Source: Candidatus Vogelbacteria bacterium RIFOXYD1_FULL_46_19
GTDB lineage: Bacteria; Patescibacteriota; Minisyncoccia; Phycocordibacterales; XYD1-FULL-46-19
Reading direction: 5' to 3'
Assembly: GCA_001824825.1 (NCBI GenBank)
Contig: MHTK01000002.1
Span: forward strand, 6,020-70,019
DNA length: 64,000 nt
This document shows positions 18,574-27,352 of this stretch, piece after piece. The number at the start of each line of letters is the position of its first letter. Positions within the stretch are counted from its first letter, which is position 1. The position numbers and the translations under genes were made by a program. The notes beneath the pieces are model-generated. The model worked only from the letters and a program-made list of their open reading frames with translations. It did not search any database and was not told the origin of the DNA.

Positions 18574-19491
18574 TCAGGCTACGAACAGAAGATAAGTACC
18601 CACCCCAACCACCACCATAGCAAGCAACTTCTGAAAGATATATTTCAGCTCAATTTTTTCAGCTACTAAATTAGGAAAAACCAGAGTTAGTATGATTCCC
18701 AAGATGAGAACACTTAACGGTTGATAGGAGTTAACCAAGAGAACCAAGGCCACTGGTGCCAAAATAAAAGAATAGGCAAACAGAAAGTTGCCGACTAATA
18801 CTAATATTTCGTTTAAGATATTTATAGAAAATACTCCAGCTGAATTTCTTTTTACCATATAAACAAAGCCTTGCCGACACGATCTAAATCCAATAACTAG
18901 AAATAGTCCGACTAGAGCTAAACTAAAACTCTGCCAAAATAACGATATCCACAAGCTCTCTTCAACCGCCGCCAATTTAAATAAGACTGATTCAAAAGAT
19001 GAAAAAAAAGCAGCCAGAGTCATGAGGAACGCAGTTTTAGTTTTAAGATGAAACCGGTTGTCGCGGTCCACATCAATGGAAATAATTAAGGCCCCGATAA
19101 TAATTAAGGCCATAGCTGCTAACTGCATACTATTTAAAATTTCATTCAAGATGAAAAAACCCAGGATGTAACCGAAGACTGGTACTAGTTGATAAAAAAC
19201 TACCACCACCGAAGCTTCATCGTCCGCCAAAGCCACAAAGTAAAGATATAGGGCGGCTGTTTCCAATAAACCACTGGCTATAAGAATAGCCAAATTAAAA
19301 GGTGTGACATTAAAAACCAAGGGATTTAACCAATATAAAACGGGCATAGCCAAAAAACCAATCAGTGAAGAAAAAACCATCAAAGTTGAAATACCGGCAG
19401 TTTTGAAGTACTTCTCCAGTAACAACTTGTCTATATGGTTACCAATACTCCACAGTATCGGAGCGGCTATGGCGACAAAAAACCAACTCAT
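18574..19491 (-). CDS. EamA/DMT-superfamily transporter
   Basis: 305 aa with 10 TM helices and a two-EamA-repeat architecture. It starts 3 nt after the upstream ATP-grasp gene. Confidence 0.75.
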   Translation of the reverse strand: MSWFFVAIAAPILWSIGNHIDKLLLEKYFKTAGISTLMVFSSLIGFLAMPVLYWLNPLVFNVTPFNLAILIASGLLETAALYLYFVALADDEASVVVVFYQLVPVFGYILGFFILNEILNSMQLAAMALIIIGALIISIDVDRDNRFHLKTKTAFLMTLAAFFSSFESVLFKLAAVEESLWISLFWQSFSLALVGLFLVIGFRSCRQGFVYMVKRNSAGVFSINILNEILVLVGNFLFAYSFILAPVALVLLVNSYQPLSVLILGIILTLVFPNLVAEKIELKYIFQKLLAMVVVGVGTYLLFVA

Positions 19492-19494
19492 ATA

Positions 19495-20859
19495 TTATCG
19501 CTTAATCGGAATAATAGAATCTTGATCACTAAATACAAACTTGGAAATGTGCTTTAAATATCCCCATTTAACGAGCTTTAAATAATCATGTTTAACAAAT
19601 TTAGCACCTATATCATGACGATAAAACATTTGGGGAATTTTTATGTTTAACAACAATTTATAGGCCTTTTGTCGTGCCTGACTTATAGTGGAACCAAAAC
19701 CTGTTACATACATTGCATACCCACGCCGATCGGAAATGTAATATTGAGATTGTACCTCCTTAGCACCACGTAAAGCCACTTCTTCAAAATGGATATGCTT
19801 TAAATCGGTTTGAGTTACTTTTCGACTAAAGTGGATATCAGTATTATAAGAAGAATTTTTATCTAATTTATAGTTATATGGGAAAGGAGGTAGGGCTACG
19901 GTTACCACCACACCATAACCTTTCTTCCATTTGAGGTTAAATTTTTGTCCTGAAGCAACCGCGAAGAGCAGATCTCCCCAGGGAGAGCTATTTATTTCAG
20001 ATTGAAGGTGTACAATCGGCGAACCTAAACGAGCAGTAGCCTCTAGAGGAAACGCCCCTTTTTGATTAACAATGCAGTTAACAGAAATATCCCCACGGAA
20101 GTTAGCTTTGACTAGAAAGGGTTTTAACTTGGCTAAAGTTTCAGTGAATAACTTATTTTTTTCATCGTTATCATACCAAGCCAGAGTTCCCATCTCGCTT
20201 GTTACTGGACCAATATCGCCAGGAAAGAGCCTGGTGTGTTCAAAATTAACTTCAATCGGACCAACCCAATCATATCCGTTGAAAAATCTTCCCACTCCCA
20301 TTTCAATACCATCAACATATTCTTGAAGAGTAATCTCATTCATCTTAAGTAAACCATTACGGTTGTAAGACTCTAAAACGTTAACCACATCCTCACCGGT
20401 GTCCATATGCCCAGTGTAAGTCAGACTTTTAAAACTATGATTATTATGCTTCAACACCCAACGCTTTGGGTTTTTTCTTATAAAAGAAATAGCACTCTTG
20501 ATATCAAAAAAATTTTTTAACTCAGCGATTTGTAAACCACTTACTTTAAAAATTTGTTGACCAAATTCACGGTCAGTTTCAAGTTTTTCACCTAGTTCTG
20601 AACCACCAAAAACAGTATAACCCTCCTCTCTCAACTTATCCTGAATAGCCCCATAACCAACATCATCAAAAATAATAAGGCCATCCGTTCCCACCCATGA
20701 TAAATCCTGGCGCCAATTATTAGTTTTTGGTACTAAATTATTAAAATTCTCCCGAGCTGATTTTTCCTCAATAAATAAATGCACATCATGACCTTCACGG
20801 TGAAGCAATAATGAAAGGTGACCCGCGATTAAATCGTTGGAGACAAAGAGTATTTTCAT
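19495..20859 (-). CDS. PurD-like ATP-grasp ligase (divergent; not a canonical GAR synthetase)
   Basis: 454 aa with GAR-synthetase-like N/A/B-domain layout (WVGTDGLIIFDD..., RWVLKHNNH..., PGDIGPVTSEMG). It lacks the PurD GGREHA signature. Confidence 0.68.
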   Translation of the reverse strand: MKILFVSNDLIAGHLSLLLHREGHDVHLFIEEKSARENFNNLVPKTNNWRQDLSWVGTDGLIIFDDVGYGAIQDKLREEGYTVFGGSELGEKLETDREFGQQIFKVSGLQIAELKNFFDIKSAISFIRKNPKRWVLKHNNHSFKSLTYTGHMDTGEDVVNVLESYNRNGLLKMNEITLQEYVDGIEMGVGRFFNGYDWVGPIEVNFEHTRLFPGDIGPVTSEMGTLAWYDNDEKNKLFTETLAKLKPFLVKANFRGDISVNCIVNQKGAFPLEATARLGSPIVHLQSEINSSPWGDLLFAVASGQKFNLKWKKGYGVVVTVALPPFPYNYKLDKNSSYNTDIHFSRKVTQTDLKHIHFEEVALRGAKEVQSQYYISDRRGYAMYVTGFGSTISQARQKAYKLLLNIKIPQMFYRHDIGAKFVKHDYLKLVKWGYLKHISKFVFSDQDSIIPIKR

Positions 20860-20916
20860 GCTAAATATTATACATATTTTAGAATCTTTGTCAATACTAC
20901 AGATTTAGCTGACTAA

Positions 20917-21372
20917 TTACTTACGCCGTAACACCAGCATCCAGTGTTTGGAATTTTTCCGACCATTGTGCCAGCGTCGCATAAACTCGTTTTGCTTCAA
21001 TTTAAAACGCTCCCCCAGCCACGGATCGTTTAGAATTACTTCCGTTTCAGACAGTCCCACCACGACAGCGTAATGACCCTGATTGGTAGCTGGTTCGATA
21101 TAATTTACCATTACCGGCGAGCCTTTTTTTAAATAATATCCAATAAGGGCCAGACTACCACGACCAGCAAAAGTACAAGCAAAACCTAGTTGGCGTGACA
21201 CCCCCTCCAGGCGACGGTGACTAACACCATGACGAGGGTCGGTTTTAAGCTTGCGTTCTAACCAGGCTTCGCTTTTATGGCAGCCCCAGTGACCAAGCAC
21301 CGATTGCAGGGCCGCCGCTGCACAAGTATAGACTTTATCTTGTTTATAGTAAGGAGTCTGGAGAACGGTCAT
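20917..21372 (-). CDS. Peptidase C39-like (papain-fold; BtrH-like) domain protein
   Basis: 151 aa with a Cys nucleophile context (YTCAAAALQSVLGHWG) and a downstream His (GHYAVVVG), typical of the C39-like family. Confidence 0.58.
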   Translation of the reverse strand: MTVLQTPYYKQDKVYTCAAAALQSVLGHWGCHKSEAWLERKLKTDPRHGVSHRRLEGVSRQLGFACTFAGRGSLALIGYYLKKGSPVMVNYIEPATNQGHYAVVVGLSETEVILNDPWLGERFKLKQNEFMRRWHNGRKNSKHWMLVLRRK

Positions 21373-21866
21373 TTATTTAGAGTAAAGAGTTATTAAAATT
21401 GAGGGCTCGTTCAGGCAAAGCAAAGCCCGTCTAAGGACGAGCTTTTGGAGTGCAAAGTGTAAATGTCATATTTCTTTTCCTTCCGACACCAAGCGCAAAC
21501 TCGAAGCTGATCCAAATTGGCCACAAATGCGGTCTTCCTCATCAATCACCGCTTGAGTTGACTGACTCCACCGGAACAGCCGCAGCACCCCGGTGGGCAG
21601 ATAACACATTTGCACCACCCTCGATCCCGCAATAAGACTGGTCGAAATAATTTCCCACCAGCGGCCACCACAACAAGAACACCTAAACTGCTGACCTGGG
21701 ACCAAATTGTTGAAATCAGATTCCGTGCGAATCACTTTACACCTCCTTTCTAAGATCAACCGACCTGTCTACATTAGAGCAAATTATTTTCTTTAAAGGA
21801 AGAGCAAGTAGTGGTTAGCACATTCAAACCATCAAAAAAGCCAAGCGGATAATAACCACTTGGCCA

Positions 21867-22457
21867 CTAAACAGGTTGCCAGACAAAGTAGCTCGTCTTG
21901 TCTGGGTCCGTTTCGACATAACCCTCCGGTTGGTACAAATGGACCGGCAGAACAGTTTCAAACAGGTGCGCCCGGTGCTTGGTCCCCAGCCCTGGATAAG
22001 AAATGGAGGCTTGAACCGGAAAGATTTTCGTACCTAGAAAATTTAAAGAAATATTATCTTCAATTCCCAGTTCCTCCCGTAGGCCACGGCTGGCTGCCTC
22101 GGTTGGTGTTTCGCCTGGTAACATTTTTTCCGACATACTGTAATCCAGACTACGCCGGTTCTCTCGACCGTCTCGAAACACTTGGCGGTCTTCCCTCAGG
22201 CGCAAGCGATCCGTCGGCAAGTCAAAGTAAACATTAATCCTAACTGCCTCAACACAGCGGACGAGCGGCCAAGTGGTCGAACCCTCGCCCCAGCTACACT
22301 CACCTAAGACCAGCTCGCGGTGTAAATGCTTGATGGTTTTGGCTCGGCCCTGCTCCCCCCAGCTACCAAAGGGGATATTATGGCGAGTAAGTAACTCTAA
22401 AAGAGCTTCAATATCCACTACCAATCCTCCTCGATCGGTTAAGTTCGAATTGTACAT
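21867..22457 (-). CDS. NUDIX-like hydrolase (degenerate Nudix box)
   Basis: 196 aa. The segment PGETPTEAASRGLREELGIED resembles the Nudix box. GC is clearly higher than in flanking genes. Confidence 0.4.
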   Translation of the reverse strand: MYNSNLTDRGGLVVDIEALLELLTRHNIPFGSWGEQGRAKTIKHLHRELVLGECSWGEGSTTWPLVRCVEAVRINVYFDLPTDRLRLREDRQVFRDGRENRRSLDYSMSEKMLPGETPTEAASRGLREELGIEDNISLNFLGTKIFPVQASISYPGLGTKHRAHLFETVLPVHLYQPEGYVETDPDKTSYFVWQPV

Positions 22458-22567
22458 CTACCCTATACTGCCCCAAAACGGCTGGGTTGGCAATTTAAAT
22501 AAAGGCTATTATACCCAGCACTTTAAAAAGAACCCGGAAAAAGCTTTTGCTCTTCCGGGTTCGTGCA

Positions 22568-24244
22568 CTACAGTGACTTCAAGAGCTGTGATGCCCGCTC
22601 CTCCGCCTGTGCCACATATGTCTTGTAATCAGGAATCCTAGTGAGAACCCCTTCAGATAAGGTATAAGTAGAATCAAGTCGTGCTTTTTCAAGGAAGTAT
22701 CGATCGTGGGACACGAGCAATATGGTTCCTCGATAGGCTTCGATTGTTTCCTCTAGAGCTTCGAGTGCCTCGAGATCGAGATGATTGGTAGGCTCATCTA
22801 GGACCAGCACATTGACTGATTGGGCGGAAAACAAAGCAAGAAGCAATCGAGCGCGGCCGCCGGGACTCAGAGTACCGATTGGCTGCTTAACTTGACTCTC
22901 CTCGAAACCAAACCTTGCAAGCTTGGCATATGAATCTTGTTCTCTGAACCCTGCGCGCTCCTTGAGGAATTCGAGAAGCGTGCGATCACGAGGCAAGCTT
23001 TCGTGCTCCTGCATCATGTTTCCGATTTTGACACCAGAACCGATCTCGATCGTGCCACCACGTGCCACCAGTTGACCAGTAATGGTCTTGAGAAGAGTTG
23101 ACTTTCCTGTGCCGTTTAAGCCCATGATGCCAACCCTGCTCCCATACCGCGCCTCAAATGACATTGGACCGATAGTGAAACCCTCCGGATATCCTGCTAC
23201 AACGTCAACGAGACGTATATCAAGCGTCCCGGGACCGACTTCGGCCTTGAGCGGAATCTCAAACGGATCGCGTTCGATAGGTTTTTCAACTTTCTCCATC
23301 TGGTCGATCCGTTTTTCAATTACTTTCGCTTTCCTTCCAGATCCTCCTGCGCGATCTCGCTTGAAACCTCGCAAGAACTTGTCATTGTCGCTTCCCTGCC
23401 AGTTCGATCCTTTGGCCGAAGCAGCTCTCTGCTGTCGTGCTTGATCAGAAAGTCGTTCAATCTCCTCCCGTTGGAGTCGATATTCTTCCTTCTGCCGAGC
23501 AATGCGTTTCGCCACCATCGCCAGGTAATCACTATATGTACCACCTGAGATGTTGAGTACGCGCGTATGTCGGTCAAGTTCCAAGATTTTCCTCACGACT
23601 CGATCAAGAAACCGGCGATCGTGAGAAATGACAATGCAAGCAGCATCAGACTTCCGGAGGAAATCCTCAAGCCAGATAAGTGCTGGTAGGTCAAGATTAT
23701 TTGTCGGCTCATCAAGGAGTAAGAGATCGACACCTTTGAGGAGAATCCCCGCTAGTGCCACCTTGCTTTTCTGTCCGCTACTTAAATCGGACAGACGATG
23801 ATCAATGCCGACGTTTTCAAGACCGAAACCTGCAAGCATCACTTTGATGTGATGCTCAAAGGCGTAACCATCGAGACGCTCGTATTGATGGTGCGCCTCC
23901 CCATACTCATCGGACTTCGCCTTGTCCTCAAGCTGAGAAGCAAGGGTCTCGAGTTTTTGTTCAAGAGCATCGACGCCTGTGATCCGCCTCAAGTACTCAC
24001 TAATCGTTTCATCGCCCGAGAGACTGGTGTCCTGCGGTAGATATCCGATGCACGTATTCTTAGCAAGTTCAATCTCGCCAGCATCAGGCTCCACCAATCC
24101 TGCAACGATCTTGAGAATGGTTGTCTTACCAGTCCCGTTGTCGCCGACTAATGCCACCTTCTGCCCTTTTGCCAAGGAGAAGGAGACATCGGCAAGCACA
24201 GTCAGACTGCCGTAATTTTTTTGAATGTGTTTTGCTTGTATCAT
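22568..24244 (-). CDS. ABC-F family ATPase (two tandem ABC domains, no TMD)
   Basis: 558 aa with two Walker A motifs (GDNGTGKTT, GLNGTGKST), two ABC signatures (LSGGQKSKV, LSPGGRARL) and an approximately 80 aa charged interdomain linker. GC is about 52% against about 40% background. Confidence 0.9.
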   Translation of the reverse strand: MIQAKHIQKNYGSLTVLADVSFSLAKGQKVALVGDNGTGKTTILKIVAGLVEPDAGEIELAKNTCIGYLPQDTSLSGDETISEYLRRITGVDALEQKLETLASQLEDKAKSDEYGEAHHQYERLDGYAFEHHIKVMLAGFGLENVGIDHRLSDLSSGQKSKVALAGILLKGVDLLLLDEPTNNLDLPALIWLEDFLRKSDAACIVISHDRRFLDRVVRKILELDRHTRVLNISGGTYSDYLAMVAKRIARQKEEYRLQREEIERLSDQARQQRAASAKGSNWQGSDNDKFLRGFKRDRAGGSGRKAKVIEKRIDQMEKVEKPIERDPFEIPLKAEVGPGTLDIRLVDVVAGYPEGFTIGPMSFEARYGSRVGIMGLNGTGKSTLLKTITGQLVARGGTIEIGSGVKIGNMMQEHESLPRDRTLLEFLKERAGFREQDSYAKLARFGFEESQVKQPIGTLSPGGRARLLLALFSAQSVNVLVLDEPTNHLDLEALEALEETIEAYRGTILLVSHDRYFLEKARLDSTYTLSEGVLTRIPDYKTYVAQAEERASQLLKSL

Positions 24245-24295
24245 AATTGTCTCCTTTCTTGTTATTTTACCACCGTTAAAGAACTTTTGCCGGAC

Positions 24296-24385
24296 TTAAA
24301 GAACCTTTTCGATTCCTGACCGGAAACAAATCAGTTTGTTTCTTATCGGGAATCTTTCCCTACGGGAACGGTATAGGTTTTCCAT
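24296..24385 (-). CDS. Candidate 29-aa leader uORF upstream of ABC-F (MENLYRSRRERFPIRNKLICFRSGIEKVL)
   Basis: The ATG is preceded by AGGTGA at -6. It lies in the 240-nt leader between tRNA-His and the ABC-F start and contains a perfect 8-bp hairpin (GAAACAAA-ctga-TTTGTTTC). This is a speculative call. Confidence 0.25.
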   Translation of the reverse strand: MENLYRSRRERFPIRNKLICFRSGIEKVL

Positions 24386-24486
24386 TTTTTCACCTAACGG
24401 CTCAAAAATATGGAAGAACCTTTTCGATTCCCGATGGGCACTGATTTACCCAAAAAGAAAAACCCCTAGATAGAGGTTTTTCTTTT

Positions 24487-24562
24487 TGGGGTGCCCATCG
24501 GGAATCGAACCCGAATTAGAGGTTCCACAAACCTCTGTGTTAACCGTTACACCATGGGCACC
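24487..24562 (-). tRNA. tRNA-His (GTG), with G-1 and encoded CCA
   Basis: Hand-folded cloverleaf: acceptor GTGCCCA/TGGGCAC, anticodon stem GAGGT/ACCTC, loop TTGTGGA, T-loop TTCGATT, extra 5' G and discriminator C. Confidence 0.85.
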
Positions 24563-24630
24563 ATGTTTAATAAATGGTATGGAGTATTGAATCAATATCC
24601 TATACTAAATACCCCCATACACCCCACCCC

Positions 24631-25188
24631 CTACTCATACTTCGGCGGCTCCTCTTTTATACCAGACAAGTGGTTGGTAAGTCTAGCCAAAGCGTACAAT
24701 AGGCTCGATAGTCGGTTTAAGTAAGCGCGGGTATTGTCATCGATTGATCTAACTCCTTCCTCTTGCACCGCCACTACTCGTCGTTCAGCCCGGCGAGCCA
24801 AGGTCCGCGCGTAATCGAAATGGGCCGCCAGTTCTGTCCCCCCGGAAATGAAAAAGGTGTTAATAGGTGGCATTAGTTTTTCAATTTCATTAATTAAGGT
24901 TTCAGTGGCCACCACTTTGTCCCGACTTATTTTTTTATCCGCTCCGGCTAGCTCGGCTTGTACAATAAACAAATTTTGCTGGGTCTGGTGGACGAGTTCA
25001 TGGACCGGAACATTGTCCGGCGGTACAGCGAAGCCCGCTCGAGCTTTTTCCTTACAAATTCCTAAAAATGAGTTAATCTCATCCAAAGTACCGAGAGCCT
25101 CCGCGATACCGGAACTTTTTGATACCCGCTGGTCACAACCAAAAGTCTTGGTTGTACCCCCATCGCCTTTACCAGTGAACAATGCCAT
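24631..25188 (-). CDS. ATP:cob(I)alamin adenosyltransferase, PduO/MMAB type
   Basis: 185 aa with an N-terminal TGKGDGGTT motif and the Cob_adeno_trans fold signature (VSKSSGIAEALGTLDEINS). Confidence 0.8.
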   Translation of the reverse strand: MALFTGKGDGGTTKTFGCDQRVSKSSGIAEALGTLDEINSFLGICKEKARAGFAVPPDNVPVHELVHQTQQNLFIVQAELAGADKKISRDKVVATETLINEIEKLMPPINTFFISGGTELAAHFDYARTLARRAERRVVAVQEEGVRSIDDNTRAYLNRLSSLLYALARLTNHLSGIKEEPPKYE

Positions 25189-25279
25189 AAAATCTAGTTT
25201 AGCAAAAAATGGGTAAAAAGAAACCGCTTCCGAGAATGATTATTTCAAACTCGAAAGCGGTAATCTATTAGCACCGCCA

Positions 25280-25552
25280 CTAGACCCCCGGGAGCAGTAG
25301 CTGAAACCCCAGGAAAGACTCCAATTGGGGCCAGCTATGTTTCCGAATGGTGGGACGACGAGACCCAACTTTCGTGCCAGCCCCCTCGATCACCTGACCG
25401 AAGAGAAGGGGTCGGCGGTCGGCTGGAATTTTCCCGCCCCGACGGTAAACGACATTGTTCACCGCCTGTCGCTCGCTTGAAGCCCAGGTATTACCCTGGA
25501 ATTTTACGAGTTGGCCGTCTTTTTCATAGACGGCGTAAAGTTCCCTTTTCAC
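25280..25552 (-). CDS. Hypothetical small protein
   Basis: 90 aa ORF with no motif. Its coding status is uncertain. Confidence 0.3.
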   Translation of the reverse strand: MKRELYAVYEKDGQLVKFQGNTWASSERQAVNNVVYRRGGKIPADRRPLLFGQVIEGAGTKVGSRRPTIRKHSWPQLESFLGFQLLLPGV

Positions 25553-25794
25553 AAAACCTCCTTGGCCACGGAAAGCCGTTTAGAAATCCAACGAATCTTC
25601 TCTTATTATACCATAGTTAATATATAAAGCAAGGAGCTCGGGAGAGGACTTTCCCCCAACGGGGGCTGGTACTTTTCGTTTCATTCGCTTAACAGCTCAT
25701 TCTTATCGAAAAGTCTTTCAAGTCCCCACGCGACTAAAGCAGTTTAGTCGCTTCCCGAGCACAAATAAAAGCACCCGGTAGGTGCTTTTATTTG

Positions 25795-25876
25795 TGCTCG
25801 GGAGAGGACTTGAACCTCCACGCCTTTCGGCACTGGTACCTCATACCAGCGTGTATACCAATTTCACCACCCGAGC
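25795..25876 (-). tRNA. tRNA-Leu (GAG), long variable arm, CCA not encoded
   Basis: Acceptor GCTCGGG/CCCGAGC, anticodon stem CTGGT/ACCAG with loop ATGAGGT, variable arm GCC-GAAA-GGC and T-loop TTCAAGT. Confidence 0.8.
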
Positions 25877-25947
25877 ATTTACACGACTTATTGTAAGGAA
25901 ATCAGAGCAAAAAACAAGCCGGCGGAGCCGGCTTGTTTTTTGTTTGA

Positions 25948-26451
25948 TTATTTGGTTTCAGTTTCGTCCGTAGATTCAAGAGCCTCAGAAGAACTTGCTT
26001 CAGTTTGATCGGCAGTTACTACTTCCACTTCCGGCTCAATCGCCTCTTCTTCCATTGCCACCTCATCATCAGTGTCTCCCACGCTGGCCTTGGTACCCAC
26101 TACCTGCTTCATGCGACGGCGGATTTCCTTAGCCGCCTTGTCCCTAATATAGTAAAGCTTAGACCGGCGAACTTTAGACTGCTTCACCACCTCAATCTTA
26201 TCGATCATCGGCGAATACAGCGGAAAAATTTTTTCCATTCCTACCCCACTGGCCACTTTACGAACCGTAAAAGTCGAACCAGCTTCGTGGCCATGCTTAA
26301 CGGCAATTACCAACCCTTCAAAAATCTGAATACGAGTTTTGCCTTTTTCTTGAATCTTTTGGTGGACCCGCACCGTACTACCAGGAACCACTTTAACCTT
26401 GGCTCTTTTGTCAGTATCAATAGGTGAAATTTTAAATATAGGTGCTTGCAT
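25948..26451 (-). CDS. rplS: 50S ribosomal protein L19 with acidic C-terminal extension
   Basis: L19 core ([37 protein letters not shown]) followed by an approximately 45 aa Glu/Asp-rich tail. Confidence 0.9.
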   Translation of the reverse strand: MQAPIFKISPIDTDKRAKVKVVPGSTVRVHQKIQEKGKTRIQIFEGLVIAVKHGHEAGSTFTVRKVASGVGMEKIFPLYSPMIDKIEVVKQSKVRRSKLYYIRDKAAKEIRRRMKQVVGTKASVGDTDDEVAMEEEAIEPEVEVVTADQTEASSSEALESTDETETK

Positions 26452-26463
26452 AACAGCGAAAGT

Positions 26464-27201
26464 TTAGCACGAGCCCCGAAGATTATCAAGGGCGACTGTC
26501 ATATCCTGGGGTAAGTCCGCCTCCAGGGTCACCTTTTGGCCCCCTAAGAGCGCAATCTGAAGCTTAGCCGCGTGCAGAGCTTGTCGCTTTAACCCCAAGG
26601 CTTCGGTAGGCTTGTTCTGGGCGTATAAGTGGTCACCTACAATCGGGTGCTGTAGGGCCTTAAAATGGGCCCGAAGCTGGTGAGTGCGGCCAGTCTCGGG
26701 CTTGGCCTCCACCAAAGAGTAGCCGGAAAAAGTTTCTAGAACTTTAAAAATGGTGCGGGCCGAACGTAAATGGCTAGCGGCCTTAGGGCTTGCCACTCGC
26801 AGGCGCGGGTCGCGTTTACTCCGACCAATTGGCAGATCGATTACTTTTTCTTCTTCCGGGTTGGCAAAAACCCCGTGGACAATAGCCAGATAGGTTTTTT
26901 TCACCAACCGATTCTTAAACTGCTGTTTTAAGTATTGGAAACTGGGCTCATTTTTGGCAATCACCATTACCCCGCTGGTATCGCGGTCCAGGCGGTGAAC
27001 AATCCCCGGTCGGGGAATCTCCCGGCCGTCTGGCATTTTCGCCGGTTCACCCACCTCCAGCGTATCCGGAAACCGGCCAATAACCCAGTCAGCTAAGGTT
27101 AACTCCGGCCGGCGGCCATCAGAGTGCACCGCGAGACCAGCCGGCTTGTCGATAGCCACCGTATTATCGTCCTCAAAGATTATGGTCGGTTCCAGATTCA
27201 T
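26464..27201 (-). CDS. RluA-family pseudouridine synthase
   Basis: Catalytic HRLDRDTSG motif. The start was chosen at MNLEPTIIFEDD; the ORF track extends 12 codons further upstream. Confidence 0.85.
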   Translation of the reverse strand: MNLEPTIIFEDDNTVAIDKPAGLAVHSDGRRPELTLADWVIGRFPDTLEVGEPAKMPDGREIPRPGIVHRLDRDTSGVMVIAKNEPSFQYLKQQFKNRLVKKTYLAIVHGVFANPEEEKVIDLPIGRSKRDPRLRVASPKAASHLRSARTIFKVLETFSGYSLVEAKPETGRTHQLRAHFKALQHPIVGDHLYAQNKPTEALGLKRQALHAAKLQIALLGGQKVTLEADLPQDMTVALDNLRGSC

Positions 27202-27248
27202 TCTTGATAAAGTAATACAAATACGGTATTGTAGCAATGTTACAAGCT

Positions 27249-27322
27249 GCGCGCTTAGCTCAGTTGGCTAGAGCATCTCGTTTACACCGAGAGGGTCGGG
27301 GGTTCGAGTCCCTCAGCGCGCA
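27249..27322 (+). tRNA. tRNA-Val (TAC), CCA not encoded
   Basis: Acceptor GCGCGCT/AGCGCGC, D-arm GCTC-AGTTGGCTA-GAGC, anticodon stem TCTCG/CGAGA with loop TTTACAC, and T-loop TTCGAGT. Confidence 0.85.
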
Positions 27323-27326
27323 CAAG

Positions 27327-27352
27327 AAAAGGCTGCTTCGGCAGCTTTTTAT
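27327..27352 (+). terminator. Rho-independent terminator after tRNA-Val
   Basis: GGCTGC-ttcg-GCAGC hairpin followed by TTTTTATT. Confidence 0.7.

Noticed and set aside
19495-20859. Calling the ATP-grasp a genuine purD (GAR synthetase)
   Set aside because: The fold matches, but the diagnostic N-terminal GGREHA-type signature is absent and no other purine-biosynthesis genes are nearby. It is annotated as PurD-like only.
21450-21759. 97-aa Cys/Trp/Arg-rich ORF (21466..21759, minus strand) and the overlapping 61-aa plus-strand ORF
   Set aside because: High-GC DNA generates long spurious ORFs. The sequence contains CSCCGG but has no signal peptide or leader-like organisation. It is kept only as a remark because it sits upstream of the C39-like peptidase, where a precursor peptide could be.
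24491-24724. 77-aa plus-strand ORF 24491..24724
   Set aside because: It overlaps the tRNA-His gene and its flanking palindrome, so it is an artefact of the non-coding region.
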